Below, in pieces: positions 1-12,378 of a stretch of DNA of 64,000 nt. The position numbers and the translations under genes were made by a program. The stretch lies in assembly GCA_965655095.1 (NCBI GenBank), contig OZ296648.1:166160001-166224000 (forward strand), in the 5' to 3' direction. Position 1 is the first letter of the stretch. Each line of letters opens with the position of its first letter. Under the pieces are notes generated by a model. It made no database searches, was not told the origin of the DNA, and worked only from the letters and a program-made list of their open reading frames with translations. The DNA is from Haplodiscus bocki (lineage: Eukaryota).

Positions 1-226
1 GCGAGTGATGAAGTATATCAGATATCACTCGCTAACAGCTACGATTTTTGAAGTAGACATTTTTGTAACAGCCGCCAGCTAGCGATTTGTTTTCCTATTA
101 CGCATTTTTCCCTCGCCTCTTTTAATAACTCAACAATCTTTGCGTGCAGTGAACAGCAGCTCATCTATATAGCAAAATTAAACTTTTCTCATCTTGAAGA
201 AAAATCATCTGGAATTTTTCCTCTTC

Positions 227-271
<45 letters not shown>

Positions 272-500
272 TCATCTCTCTTTTTATTCTCCCTCTCTAC
301 ATCACGAAGAAAAGAAAAAAGGTTAGTGTTCTATAATATTTATTGTTTCTTTAAACTAATTTCAACCTATTGACAAACGTTTCAACCCTGTAACAACTAA
401 CATAATATTTTAACTTATTTATTGCAAAGCGCAAAAAGATTTTTGTTCCTGAGAAAACAAAACCGAGAAATATCATAGGACCCAAAGCAGGGTCGCTATA
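1..500 (+). repeat. 5' LTR (first few bases outside window)
   Basis: Aligns to 12379-12838. Ends ...GGTCGCTATA (decayed TCGCTACA, the inverse of a TGTAGCGA start). Contains a (CT)n tract and the hairpin GCGAGTGAT...ATCACTCGC at 1-32. Confidence 0.92.
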
Positions 501-505
501 GAAAA

Positions 506-519
506 TGGTGACAGGCAGT
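506..519 (+). promoter_or_regulatory. Primer-binding site (PBS)
   Basis: TGGTGACAGGCAGT begins 5 nt after the 5' LTR end. The cognate tRNA is uncertain. Confidence 0.65.
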
Positions 520-2280
520 TTTTAGCACTTTAAATGTCACCCACAAGCATCCTTTAATCATTTCCTCTCGCCTCTAGGACATTCTCCTGCCTTGTTTTGT
601 TTTGGTTTCTGCCTTCTTTTCTTGAAAAGCATCAGCGCAGCAGTTTTTCAAACTTTTGAACTTTTCACATTTTTCTCCCGTTTTTTTCAATGTTTGTCAT
701 TTAAAGTCATTTCATTTCAACAGTTCGCCTATCGAACTACATTTTCCTTTTCTTTTTGCGCTTCCATCCGTTTTTTGCTAACCCACGCCAATCCTTGGGT
801 TCGTTTTCTTCATTTCTCTTCTTGGAGTATGGTTCCCATGACAAGGCACTTTTTCAATCAGTTGGTCACGGCCTGAAATTTCACTGAGAATACTATTGCT
901 TGTCCATCCACACGTTTGATGAGAAGTTGCTTCAACTTGATCTAGCACTTAGGTCCAGTGCGTTTATTCCGTATGGGTGACCAAATAGACTAAATTGGGC
1001 GTACCTCCAGTGTGGAACACTGAGATTGATTGGTGTAGGAACAGCAGCAGTGCCTTGCTACCTCCACCTCTAAAATTTTCAGTTTTTCGGTCGCCCGTTT
1101 TCGCCACCGTCGCCTCCACTACGTTACTTTGACGCAGTCGTTTTCGCTATGTTATTTGGACGCAGTCGTTTCAGCTACGTTTTTTCGTTGCCGTCCGTAC
1201 GTCACGTCGCTCATTGCCACTCCTTCCGCCGTTTCCATTCTATCATTGCTTCTCTCATACAACCAGCAATTAATTTATTAACTGGTTTGTATGTCAGTCT
1301 ACCACAATGTTCACACTAGTTCCGGCCCCTTTGTCGTTGCTTTCAACTGTTATTTTTCTCAATGTCCAGGAGCTAAAATTCCATGCTCTTGTGTTCCTGG
1401 TTACGGTCGACCTGTCCCTCCTTCGCTCCAACATCTTCACAGTGTACTCCTAAATCAGCACTACCAGTCACAGCTTTCGCACACTTCGACTTGATCCTAT
1501 TTGACTGAAAATAGTAACTCTTCTATCCACGACGCGCTGTTTTTCTACCTCCTCGGAAACTTTTGGCTCCTTTACTTTGAATTGCACGTGCATAAAAACC
1601 CTGACATCCTAATGGCCTAATCAGTCGCCTCAACCCCAGGACTATCTGATTCACTTTCGACCAGTGTCGCTGTTGCCACGCCTTCTTCTTCCACAGTTAC
1701 TTTTTGCAATTCCAATGTGTCAGCCGCATCACGATCCTGAAAAAATCCCGGAACAGGCTCAAGCCAACCCTCTCCCCAGCTACGACAGCTCTTTGCGTTT
1801 GCATCTTGACACATTTTCTCTAACTTTGGCTCGTTGACAGTCCATTGACCGGCTCTTGATTCTTCCTAATTGTTTGTGTATTCCTTGTTTGTTGTCTCTC
1901 TTTTGTTCTCTCGTTTTTTACCTTTTTGTATTATTTGATTAAAAGTCTGTTTGCTTCAAAATTGGTACTACTCTTGTTCCACTTTCATTGTGTTGGATTC
2001 CTCCTTGCTGTCCATGCCCGGTACTTGTTACTGGGATCTACTTTCGTACCAAAGGCTCCGATATTCAATTTTTGCTTGGCTCAAATAATCATTTACAAGT
2101 TGATTTCATTTCTGTGCCTCCATATAGCCCAACTTAGAATTACCTTTATTCGTGTTTGACTGAATATCAGCGTGTTACTCCTTCCACTTGTTTTTATCAG
2201 GCTCATGATTTGAAGGAAATCCTCGATTATATGTCCATGTGTCGAACGTCTAATTGATTTTTTTCTTGTTTCTGTTTTTA

Positions 2281-3385
2281 ATGGATCCTGACGATCAAGC
2301 CCTAAATGTGGCCTCGCAAAAGTCTTCCAGAATGTCTTCTGGTGGCACATTTATGCCTAATTACTCTTGTTTTTTGCTCGCGCCGTTTGATGGCACACCT
2401 GGTTTTGCAGAATGTTTTACTCAATTCTGTTGCCTCTCTTTCTGGTTGGGAAAAACCACCCCTCAGGTGATTTGCGTCTTCAATTCTTTTCTGCCCGCCT
2501 CAGTGGCGACGCTTTGATTTTCTATCTTTCGCTGACTCGACCCCACCAAACTAACATGAATATACTTCTTCGCGCCTTTCGAACTCAGTTTGCTCCTAAT
2601 CAATATGTACTTAAGGCTAAAGTTGAAGATCTCCGTCAACCACCAGCACAAACCGTCCCTGCTTTTTTCCAGAGTGGTGAGATTTAGCCCGCAAAGTAAC
2701 CCCTGTTGAGGCTGTCCGCAGTGAAAATCTCCTGACCGCTTTTATTGCTGGTTTATGCAACCCCACTTTTCAGCGGGATTTTTGCAAAGCGAAAACCGCA
2801 GATGCTGACGCTGGACTGCAAGCAGCAGTAGAAACTTACACTTCTCTTGGAACCGACGATTTAAAAAAGCAAACTTCTGGTGTTAACAATATCAGCACTG
2901 AGACCTCTCTTGACACTTTTACTGAGTTAGTTCTTAGTCGCCGCACAGAAATTCAAGACGCTGCGGCAAATTCAAGACGCTGCGGCAAATTCAAGACGCT
3001 GCGGCAAGTCATCACGTACCGACAGAAATATTTCCCATAACAATCAAAAAGATCGCTCAAGCAGTCGAGTTAGTAACCGATATCGGTGTCCCTCAACAGG
3101 ACCGAGACGCGTTAACACTTTTTCCAACTCTAAAAACCTAGTCAGCCCAACGAGCGGTACACCGCCCGAAACAGCAACAATCAAAAGAAAAACTTCAAAG
3201 TTCGCTTCTCAGACAACTCCAAAAACAACAAGCGAGATCAAATTTCCAGTTCGCAGCGTAGCGATGACGAGAAAGGCAAACATTTTGGCCGCACCAACCA
3301 TTCCAGCCGTGAGTTCAGAGCATGTTGCAATTTTGGCTAAATTGGCCACTTCAGGCACGAATACCGTGCCCGACGCCAAAATTTA
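2281..3385 (+). pseudogene. gag: Gag with two degenerate CCHC zinc knuckles
   Basis: ATG at 2281 (MDPDDQ...), capsid-like fragments (PFDG, LRQPPAQTVPAFF), and at ~3274-3366 GKHFGRTNHSSREF/CCNFG*IGHFRHEY = decayed tandem Cx2Cx4Hx4C. Confidence 0.75.
2949..3007 (+). repeat. 19-bp unit x3 inside gag
   Basis: AAATTCAAGACGCTGCGGC repeated three times; the expansion shifts the frame. Confidence 0.9.
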
Positions 3386-3440
3386 AACTGAAAGCACCCG
3401 CGTAACAGGGAACCCAAAAACCCTCCAAAAAACGGATTTT

Positions 3441-6400
3441 TTGAATTCAGTGATAGATGACAAATGCGTTTTCGTACGAGTTACGGTCTGTGAAATTCCG
3501 TTAGATGCCGTTTGTGACACAGGTGCAAGTGTTTGTCGTTTGAGCCTCAAAGTAATTGTTTGTTTCCCTGCAAAGATACAGTCATTTTTGGAACCATGTT
3601 GTAAACTATTCCTAGCAGCCAATCGGCCCGATTAAAGTAAAAGATGAAGTTACAGTTGCAATGAAACAAGCATCAATGACTTTTTGACACACTTCTTTTG
3701 TTCTTGAAGCTTCTGAAGCTGAGTGTTTGTTAGGTTTTGAATCTTTTGAGACAAAAACGTGTAATCCTCTGTTTTCCGAACTGAATTTACGTTTGATCCG
3801 AGGTACCTCCGCATACTTTTTCCATCGACCCAAACTGGTTCAGTCCAGGCACAACCCAGTCATGGGAGTAGTTGCCAGAGAAACATCCTTCATACATTCC
3901 GGTCATGATGCGATTGTTCTAGGTAAAACTGACCTCGATGCTGACACTTTTTTGGCTAAAGCAGTAATCGTTGAATCTTCACAATAATTCTGCGCCAAAC
4001 TGAATGACTTAGCTTTCAACACTCTTTCCAAACTTCAAGAGGATGCCATACCAGCAAGTATCAATAATCTTGAAGAAGATCGAATGATTTCCAAAGGCTC
4101 AACACTAGGAACATTCTCCATCCTGCAAAACGACGCGTTCGACCAGAACAAGGTAGCCAGTCAATCAAAGCAGATGCCCACCGCAAGCACCAAGTATGAT
4201 CACAAAAGCATCCTCCACAACTCGAAACCAGTCATGAATGGAAATTCCCATGCGAAATTTGCGCAGTTGCTCCACGACTTTTCAGTTTTCTCCAAAGATG
4301 AATGGGACATCGGAAAATGTGATCTTGTGCAACATAGAATTCCAGTTTACCCAAGTTCTAATCCGCTCAAGCTTTCCAATCGCGGGATTCCAATGCATTT
4401 CAAAACAGACTTTCAAGAAACGTTGGACAAATTCCTTGAGCATGAACTAAATCAGCCGCGCCATAGTCCTTACATTGCACCCGCTATGTTTTGCAAAGAA
4501 AAATCCTAAACTGAGATTTGTCAATGGCTATCGGTAGTTGAACAAGTAGAACATTAACTCTTGTTAGCCGACACCATCTATCGAGGGAATCTTTGGCACT
4601 TCGAAGATATTCTTTACTTCTCTACCATTGACGTGTCTTGTGGACTTCATCAACTACCCATGGAAGAAAAAAGTGGAGACTATACAACGTTCAGTACACC
4701 ATTCGGATCATTTAAATGGCTGCCTATGACAATCGGCCCCACCAGCAGGCCAAACACTTTTCAGAGTCTCATGGAAAAGGTACTCGTAGGCGTAACTTGG
4801 AAGTTCAAAATTCTATTTATTTTCGATGATTGCATCTCTTTCTCTCGCACAATCGAAGAAAAACTAGACCGCGTACGTGAACTTTTTCAGAGGTTCAAAG
4901 ACGCCAATCTCAAAATTATTCTAACCAGATTTGTGTTTTTCCGTCAGAAAGTGTCCCTTTTGGGCCATCTCTTGAGCCGTGAAGGCATCCAAGCCGATCC
5001 TGAGAAAACTTCACTGTCAACATAAATCCGGTACAAAAGAACGCTACCGAAATCAAAAGCTATTTGGCCTCTTTTCATACTATAGAAGATATGTGCAAGA
5101 CGTTGTGAAAATAACCCGTCCCTTGCATCAATTGACCGAGAACTCAAAAGATTTCCTGTGGAACTCCGAAACCTAGGAAACTTTTGAAGTTCTAAAGGAA
5201 AAACTCACTTCCACCGCAATAATGGCCTTCCCGAGCATGAGAGACGCTTTCATGTTAAATACTGATGCTAGCCAGCAGTCAATGGGCGCAGTTCTCACTC
5301 AGGTTCAAAATGGTTCAGAACGCGTCATTTGTTACGCATCCAAATCCTTCAACAAAGCTCAGGGACGATATTCCACTACCAAACTTGAACTTTTGGCCAT
5401 TGTGAATTTCACTAGACATTTCAAACGTTACTTGTTAGGAAGGTAATTCCAAATTGCCACTGATCACAGAGATTTGCAGTGGCTTCATGATTTCAAAGAA
5501 CCTGACGGTTTAAAAGGGCTTTGGCTAGAGAAACTAGCAGCTTTTGAGTGAGAAGTTGTGTATCACATTGGAAAAAGTTTGGACACGCGGACTCTATGTC
5601 CGGGATTCCCAGTCACGACGCCACCACGGACTAGGAGAATGCACTTACGCACGGTGCAGAAGCAAAGCACCCAACGCAAAAAAAAACGACGAAGCAAGCA
5701 ACACAGAATGGCCAAACCGTCCTCGCAGGAAAAAGGAAAAAGCGCCAGTTACCCAGCAAAAACGGCACAATATGCCAAAGATGCAACAACAGCATCTCTA
5801 TACGCGAGATATGGAAGAAGAGAGAAGTCAACAAACTTTTTACATCGGGCAGATAGTGTGCCAAACAGAAAATTCAAAGAAATTCGAATTAGTAGAATTG
5901 TGTGGAAATCTATTTGATTCCACAGACTCAAAAGCGCATAGCATTTCATCAGATTTTAAGCTTGCAGCAGGTTTTGCCAAACCTGTTAGGCAAGCGTTCC
6001 CAACCACGTACCCCGAGTTTGGGTCGGAAGCATCGAAAGAAAAAATTTACGCACAGCAAATTTCTCCGGATAGATTTATTTATCACTTGATAGTCAAGCC
6101 CAGTTTTTGGAACAAACCGACGTATAGTTCCCTACGTGCAGCATTGGAAGCCATGTTGCAACACGCGCAGAAACACAAAGTTGATACGATAAGCATACCA
6201 CGACTGTCGACAGGACTCGACAAGTTAATTTGGTTAAAATTGAGAGAAATCATCATAGACGTTTCCCAAAACCCGCCCATAAAAGATACGGTTTATACGC
6301 AACCAGAACAACAACAAATAACAGTCAATCCCATTAGAACACAGAGAGAAACAAAATCAAAAACTAAGACGCAACAAACACAAGAAGACAATCAGTGTCT

Positions 6401-7635
6401 TAGCACCGTTCTTTCAGGGATCAAGAACGAGAATAAACTCCATCAATTGGTCCTTCAAAGCCGGTTAAAAGACATTTCGTTTCTCTGGAACAATTTCGAC
6501 TCCCTCAAAGTCGTAAATGACATCCTGTGCCAAAGTTTTGAGGATTCAGGCACAGCCCCGAGTCACTTACAACAATTCGTTCTAACAACATTGCGACCCA
6601 AAATCTTGGAATCAATTCACAGCTCCACTAAAACTGCTCATCCAAGAATAAAAAAAAATTTGGAAAAGATTTGAGCTAGCCTCTATTGGCCAGGTCATAA
6701 GAAATATGAAGGTGTGTTTGTCTCAAGTTGTCGTGTTTGTCGACAACGTTACAGTCCTGATCAAAAACATAGACACAGCCTTGTCAATTGGCCCCCCAGT
6801 TTCCTTTTTGCCCACATTCATATTGACTTCCTTGGACCACTTCCAGTCTCAAATCGTAACTCATAAATACCAGCACTTGGTGATCACTTGACGAAGTGGT
6901 ATGAAGCAATTCCATTGCCAGATCAGCCAACTGAAATGAGTGCTACCGCACTGATTGAGCACTGGATTAGTCAATTTGGCACTCCCGTAAGCATTTACAT
7001 AGACCAAGGTCTTAATTTTGGGTCTAAAACCTTTCAAAGTCTCCTTGAGTCTCTTCAAATTGATAAAATTTGAACTACATCCTTCCATCCACAATCAAAT
7101 GCCGTGATCGATCGAATGAACAGAACTTTATTGAACATGTCGGCCAAAACCGTTGATGACTTTCAAAGCAATTGGACTCAGCAACTTCCGTATCTGATGA
7201 TGGCATTCCAGTCTTCAGTCCATGAGTCAACAAGTCACACAACCCAGTTTCTTGTTTTTGGCGCAACAATCAACCTCCCCATTGACATCCAGTGTCTCTT
7301 GCGAGAACAACGGAACAAAACCGACGTGCATCACTTTATCAAAACAAAAACGTGCCGACACGCAAAGAGCTCACGAAGCAGCACGCTTCCATCTTCAAGC
7401 TTCTCAACTGCGACGCAACGCTTTGACTAATTCTAAATCGCATGGCCCCCGATACAAGCCAAGTGACAGTGTTGGGTTACATAGCTCCGTCACCCTAAGG
7501 GATTCATTCCAAAGCTTTCATCCCCAAGGAGAGGTCCATTCACAACTGTACAGTGTCTCAACGACGTTAATTATGAAATCAGAAACACAGCGAACAAAAA
7601 AGAGACCATCGTTCATTATGACCGTTTAAAGCCCT
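3441..7635 (+). pseudogene. pol: Pol polyprotein (aspartic protease, RT, RNase H, macrodomain, integrase)
   Basis: PR VCDTGASV (~3510). RT YFSTIDVSCG, TTFSTPFG, IFDDC (~4600-4835). RH NTDASQQSMGAVL, ELLAIV (5222-5446). IN HSSTKTAH...CRVC, HIDFLGP, DQG, DRMNRTL, GPF...VNYEI, VHYDRLKP (6618-7635). Confidence 0.93.
5883..6299 (+). CDS. TARG1/OARD1 (Poa1p-like) macrodomain embedded in Pol between RNase H and integrase
   Basis: GNLF...AHSISSDFKLAAGFA...RFIYHLIVKP...KPTYSSLRAAL...ISIPRLSTGLDKLIW matches the OARD1/TARG1 pattern (GDLF, AHCISxD, YYLITK, MPRIGCGLD). It is in frame with the integrase N-terminus within ORF 5544-6674. Confidence 0.85.
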
Positions 7636-8384
7636 TTGTTCGACGCCCAGAATAACTACAGCTTCCACGGCGTGAATCAAATCTCCCAAGAGTACCGGAA
7701 AGCAAATCGACACGAAAACCGCACTTTGCTAACCACTAACATTGTAGCTATTCTCAAACTTTGTCTGACCAAATTCCACCAACCCGTCGACGCCGAAGTG
7801 CCTCTCCAGCCCCATTTTCGGCAAAGTTTTCCGCTAATATCCCATCCAAGGATCTTCTGCTGCATGTTGAAAACGAGCATCTTTGGTTCCCGGCAGAACC
7901 GCTCTTTGTAGTTCACCTCAAGATTTGTCACAGGTTCCATCGGAAGCACAATATCCAACTGTAATTAATGACACATTTAACCTGTCACGTTTCTCCAAGA
8001 GCATGTTCGTACCACCAGGTTCGCCTTTCTCATCCCTTTCCATTGAAAGTCCCATATCTAACGCGGCGGAAGGTTTAGACCGTTCAACTCCTCCTCAGGC
8101 GTCTGCCAAGCTTGCTATTCAGGCCGTATGTCCGCATCAATTACGTTCAACAACATTACTTCAACGTCTTTCACAACCACTTCACCAATTAGAGAAGTAC
8201 TTGCCCAGCAACTAGAGGTCAGAGAATACAATTCAAAGTAAAAAAAAAACATAGCTCCCTTTAATCAAAGCATGATAAAAAAAAGTGGTCTTCATTTTTG
8301 TTCTCATCAAACGTTTGTTTCACTTGTCTCCAGGTCGTACTCTTCTTTGCCTTTTTTCTGATTTTATTCAGTACCAACGCCGTC

Positions 8385-9009
8385 AATTGTGTCCTTGGCT
8401 AATTTCCATTATCTTCTTGAAATCGTGGTTCTTTATGATCTATTCCAAAGTTACTTTCCAACCAAGTGTGGGCTCCGAGACAGAGGACCCGGTTTTCCAA
8501 CGAGGCGCAGTATTCATCTACGCTTATCAACCCGTCACATCTGAAAGTAACATTAAAAGTAGATTTTTTTTCGCTATTTCATCAACCATAAGCAATCGAC
8601 CCGGCTGGAGCCCTCCGCCTGCACCAGATTGTTTTAAAGGCGCGTCAGAATCTTTACAATACTGGTCAGAAATACCAAGACAATATCAATCCCACCACAG
8701 GCCAAAATTAGCTTACACCCATATTTTGCGTCGTCAACACCAATGGTATGTTAGCAAAGTTGGTAGGTTTAGCTAAGTCAGTCAAATGTGGCGTGAATCT
8801 TCTCTTGAAAGAACAAAAGGCCATTGCAGACGATCACCTTGAACTCCTTCGAGTTGCCGAGTCTTTCGCTCCGCCGCCCACGTAACCGAACGAAGACAAA
8901 GGACAAACGGGACATTCTCGGTAAAGTCGCGTTATTCCTGCATTGATGGCCTTATCTGGAGCAACTGGCCTAATTCTTGGTAAACCATTGGAAGATGCAG
9001 CATGCAGTG

Positions 9010-9041
<32 letters not shown>

Positions 9042-10802
9042 CTCTCGTCAAACTATGCAGCGATACTACAGACTTGAAAGAGCACATTTCAAACCTCATG
9101 GCCCAACAGAGTTTTTTTGCTGAAGCAATGAAAACTGTTCAAACCACCAACGACAGAATGTTTGTCCTGCTTGGCTCGGAGATTTCAAACACACAAGAAA
9201 ATGTCAAGGCGATGAGAGATGTTGTTGAAAACCGTTTTACCGCTATGTCCAAAATTTTAGATCAACTCACTCGTTCTTTGAACTTTTTCGACCACTTGGT
9301 GGTCCATATCAAACACTTTAGCAACCTTGTTTTTGAAGTTGAAAAATACACTTCATATTTGGATCTTGTGTACAATCACCTCGAAGCCTACAGATCACCG
9401 TCCGTTTCTTACAAAACTAATGTTTATTCAGCAGTACCTTCATTATGGCCCGGCTACGTCACTCCTAATTACTTAACACCCATTTGTCCAGCCCAGATTG
9501 TTCATGAACTCACAATGGAAGACGTTTATCGTGGTACGAAACTAACACCAGCCATACAAGTCGGCTACGAAGCAATGTACTACGAAGTACAGATGTTGTT
9601 CGAAGTTTCCATTCTAGCTTGTGGTATCTCTGTCGTACTTGGGATTCCCATGAATTCAGAATGTGCCATATTCAGTATTCTCTGAGCAATTCCACTGTAT
9701 CAGCCCAAAGAGGATGGTTCCACTGCTTCTTTGTAACAGTTCCGTCATGACTATTCAGCTATCGGGACTGATATGTCCCAGTACACCAAACTAGGTGTTG
9801 CTACGTTACAACAGTGTTCTCACATGTACAGAATAAAGCTCTGTCGTTAGAAATTGTCCACCAGCACAGATGTAACCTTATTGTTTCTCACGTCCCTGTT
9901 CTACAATTTAAGTGTTCCTGCTTTTCCAAAAAGTCATTTTGAATCAGTTTTGTTACCCGATGCCCCGCAAGCTTTTTATCTCGCAGATCGTCTTTATCAC
10001 GTCATCTCACGAAAACAGCACTTTCCCATGATGAACGATACCAATTCTCAAGGCACTAGAATGTCCACTATTGACTGTCAAGCGTGTGTCATTCGCCCAG
10101 GTTGCTCGTCGAAACGGACGCTCAACCATGGAGATCTTGTTTTGAACCCGGACATTAATTAGTGTGAAACTCATGCGGAGCCATTTGTGGCCAGAATACA
10201 ACTAACTTCCTGGTTTCAAAAAGTTTTTGAGTCCCTAACACCCACCACCTAGTGCAGAGTTCAACATATATTCTCACAGCGAGGTAGGGAAGTCTGTCTT
10301 TACTAGTATCCGCATGGAACTAGCCGAGTTATGGGAAGCTCACACTATGGATTTTGATAAACCTAAAGAATTCGCTGAGCCCATCTATCAATACTACGCC
10401 TCCTTTCCGCCCGCCGCCAGTAAAGCGCTCGAGGGATATTTGCAGAATAAGAGCGCCTTGTGTTTAGTTTTGTTATCAAAGACCATTTCTTTGAATTCTT
10501 TCAGCATTAGTTTCACGTTATTCAGACGTCAGTGGCAGCAATTTATCGCTCATTCGCGACGCTTCCTTCGCCGTACACAGGGACGATTTATACACGTCGT
10601 TTACCAGCTGGCCGCAGATGATACGCGAGCGACGACTGCATTTCTTTATTTAATCGAAGACGAGTTTTCATCGTTATCCGAATTCGCCAAAGAAGTTCTC
10701 ACACGTCGCAAAGTTGCCACTTGTCCCACTAGCAACGCATCCACAGAACAACCCATTTCTTACCCCGATATCGCTCACACGTACTCCACACCTAATGCTT
10801 GA
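8385..10802 (+). pseudogene. env: Envelope glycoprotein, class I fusion (F-type) like
   Basis: Hydrophobic N-terminus; decayed furin-type site R*SR (8919-8930); fusion peptide VIPALMALSGATGLILG (from 8931); heptad coiled coil (9060-9400); Cys-rich region (~9810-10160); hydrophobic TM-like segment (~10450-10520); cytoplasmic tail. Pyrimidine-rich acceptors at 8333 and 8371. Confidence 0.8.
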
Positions 10803-11261
10803 CCACCGTTATCCTCTCTCCTTCCAACTTAATTTCCTATTTGTTATATATAATATGTAAATTATTCTACCTCCGTCCAGTGCTAATTCACTGAGTTCAA
10901 ATCATCATTTTGTCCTCAGTTTTACACCGAGTGCTTTTTCTTCCGCGTAATTGAAACGCGAGTCTTTCTTTTTCACACCCCAGTTTTTGTCGTATCTAAC
11001 TCACACGACCATTTTTTTTACTGACCAGTGCTTGACACTGAAGTTTTTTTTTCTCAACGCTTAGTCGAAGATTCCCGCTCGGAGGCAACACGTTGCCGCC
11101 GTGTATTTGAGTTAATTCAAGAGGTTTTTTTCCCTACGCCTGTGCATAAGAATCTTAGCGCCTTTCTTTTCTTTTCTGTGTAATTTTAACGAACCTTTGC
11201 GAGTTTTTCTTATTTCAGGTCTCACTCCCGATCCCGAGTTCTCACCACCAGTGGTCAGTTT

Positions 11262-12154
11262 ATGGATGTAGCTTGTGGTGACACCGTGTGTATTGTGGAC
11301 CCAACTCCGAACCAAGTTGTTCGCGTCGTACCTTCAACGAACAGCGTTAAGATTAACCCTGCTTTCGACAGCCGTCGCCGCTCGTTCTTTGTTAGCTTTC
11401 TAGCGCTTTCGGCCCCACCTAAGCCAGTGACCGAGTTAATTGTTAACACTGAGCTTATCCAAAACTGTAATTTGTGTTCCCTCGTGCCGCTCCCTGTTCT
11501 ACCAGAGGTCATGGACGTCAGCACTAACACAACCCCGCCTTTGACCTCCACTGTCGGTTCCATCACTGACTCGGTGGAGCATCGAGAATTTTCAGCGCTT
11601 CTTCGAGAAGCAGACGAATTTGAGCGTCTCGAAGAGCAATTAAATGAGCGCTCTAATCAACTGGATCGATAACAAGGACGTTTAGCCCACATGACAACCA
11701 GGGTCAATCAATTGCTCCTTGAAAATGAAACCATGCGGCGCGAACCCCCAGTCCCAACTGTAGGGCATGCACAAAACCAGCAAAATCGCTAAAGACAACG
11801 ACTGCGCCCTCAGCATGCTCTTCGAGATCCTGTCTAGTTTCACTGAATCTTTTGACCGCCTCACCGCCGAAGACTTAAAACTTCCTTCGCCTAAACCCTC
11901 AAACACACCCGCAAATAATTCGTCAACAGCACCTAGAAATTCAAAGATTGACACACCCTGACCAGCACACCGAATGCCCGTCCGAGGTACCAACGTTCTT
12001 AACAACCCTCTACAGCATACTTTCTTCCAACCGCAGGCTCACCATCCTGGATTGCTGCGGCATGAGAGCTGTACGCAATCAGGAACGACATCAATGCAGC
12101 TGCTGTTTCCCCATGAACAACATCGACACAAGGATTATTGGCAATAGCCTCTAA
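11262..12154 (+). pseudogene. Extra (fourth) ORF between env and 3' LTR: coiled coil plus Cys-rich C-terminus, unknown function
   Basis: Consecutive ORF pieces 11262-11672, a readthrough coiled coil to ~11790, 11767-11961 and 11948-12154 (DCCG...CSCC). Splice acceptor TTTTTCTTATTTCAG ends at 11218. Confidence 0.55.
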
Positions 12155-12378
12155 TAGATGCGGAATGCATTTTTTTAAAGAAGGAAGCCGCATGACAAAC
12201 AAATTAAAACTCTTTATTTTTTTCATTTTTGATTTAGTACGTGACCTTTGTAAAATTTGTACTCAATTTTTACTTCAGTTCCTCTAGGCTCTCTAGGCTG
12301 GTACTAGTCAACCTCTCGCTATCATAGTCAGAGTAAGTTGTAGAAAATTCGTTCCCCGTAGCTGTTCATTGTAGAAAA

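Noticed and set aside
592-2280. ORFs in the long retroelement leader
   Set aside because: Low-complexity T/C-rich ORFs without motifs; treated as 5' leader.
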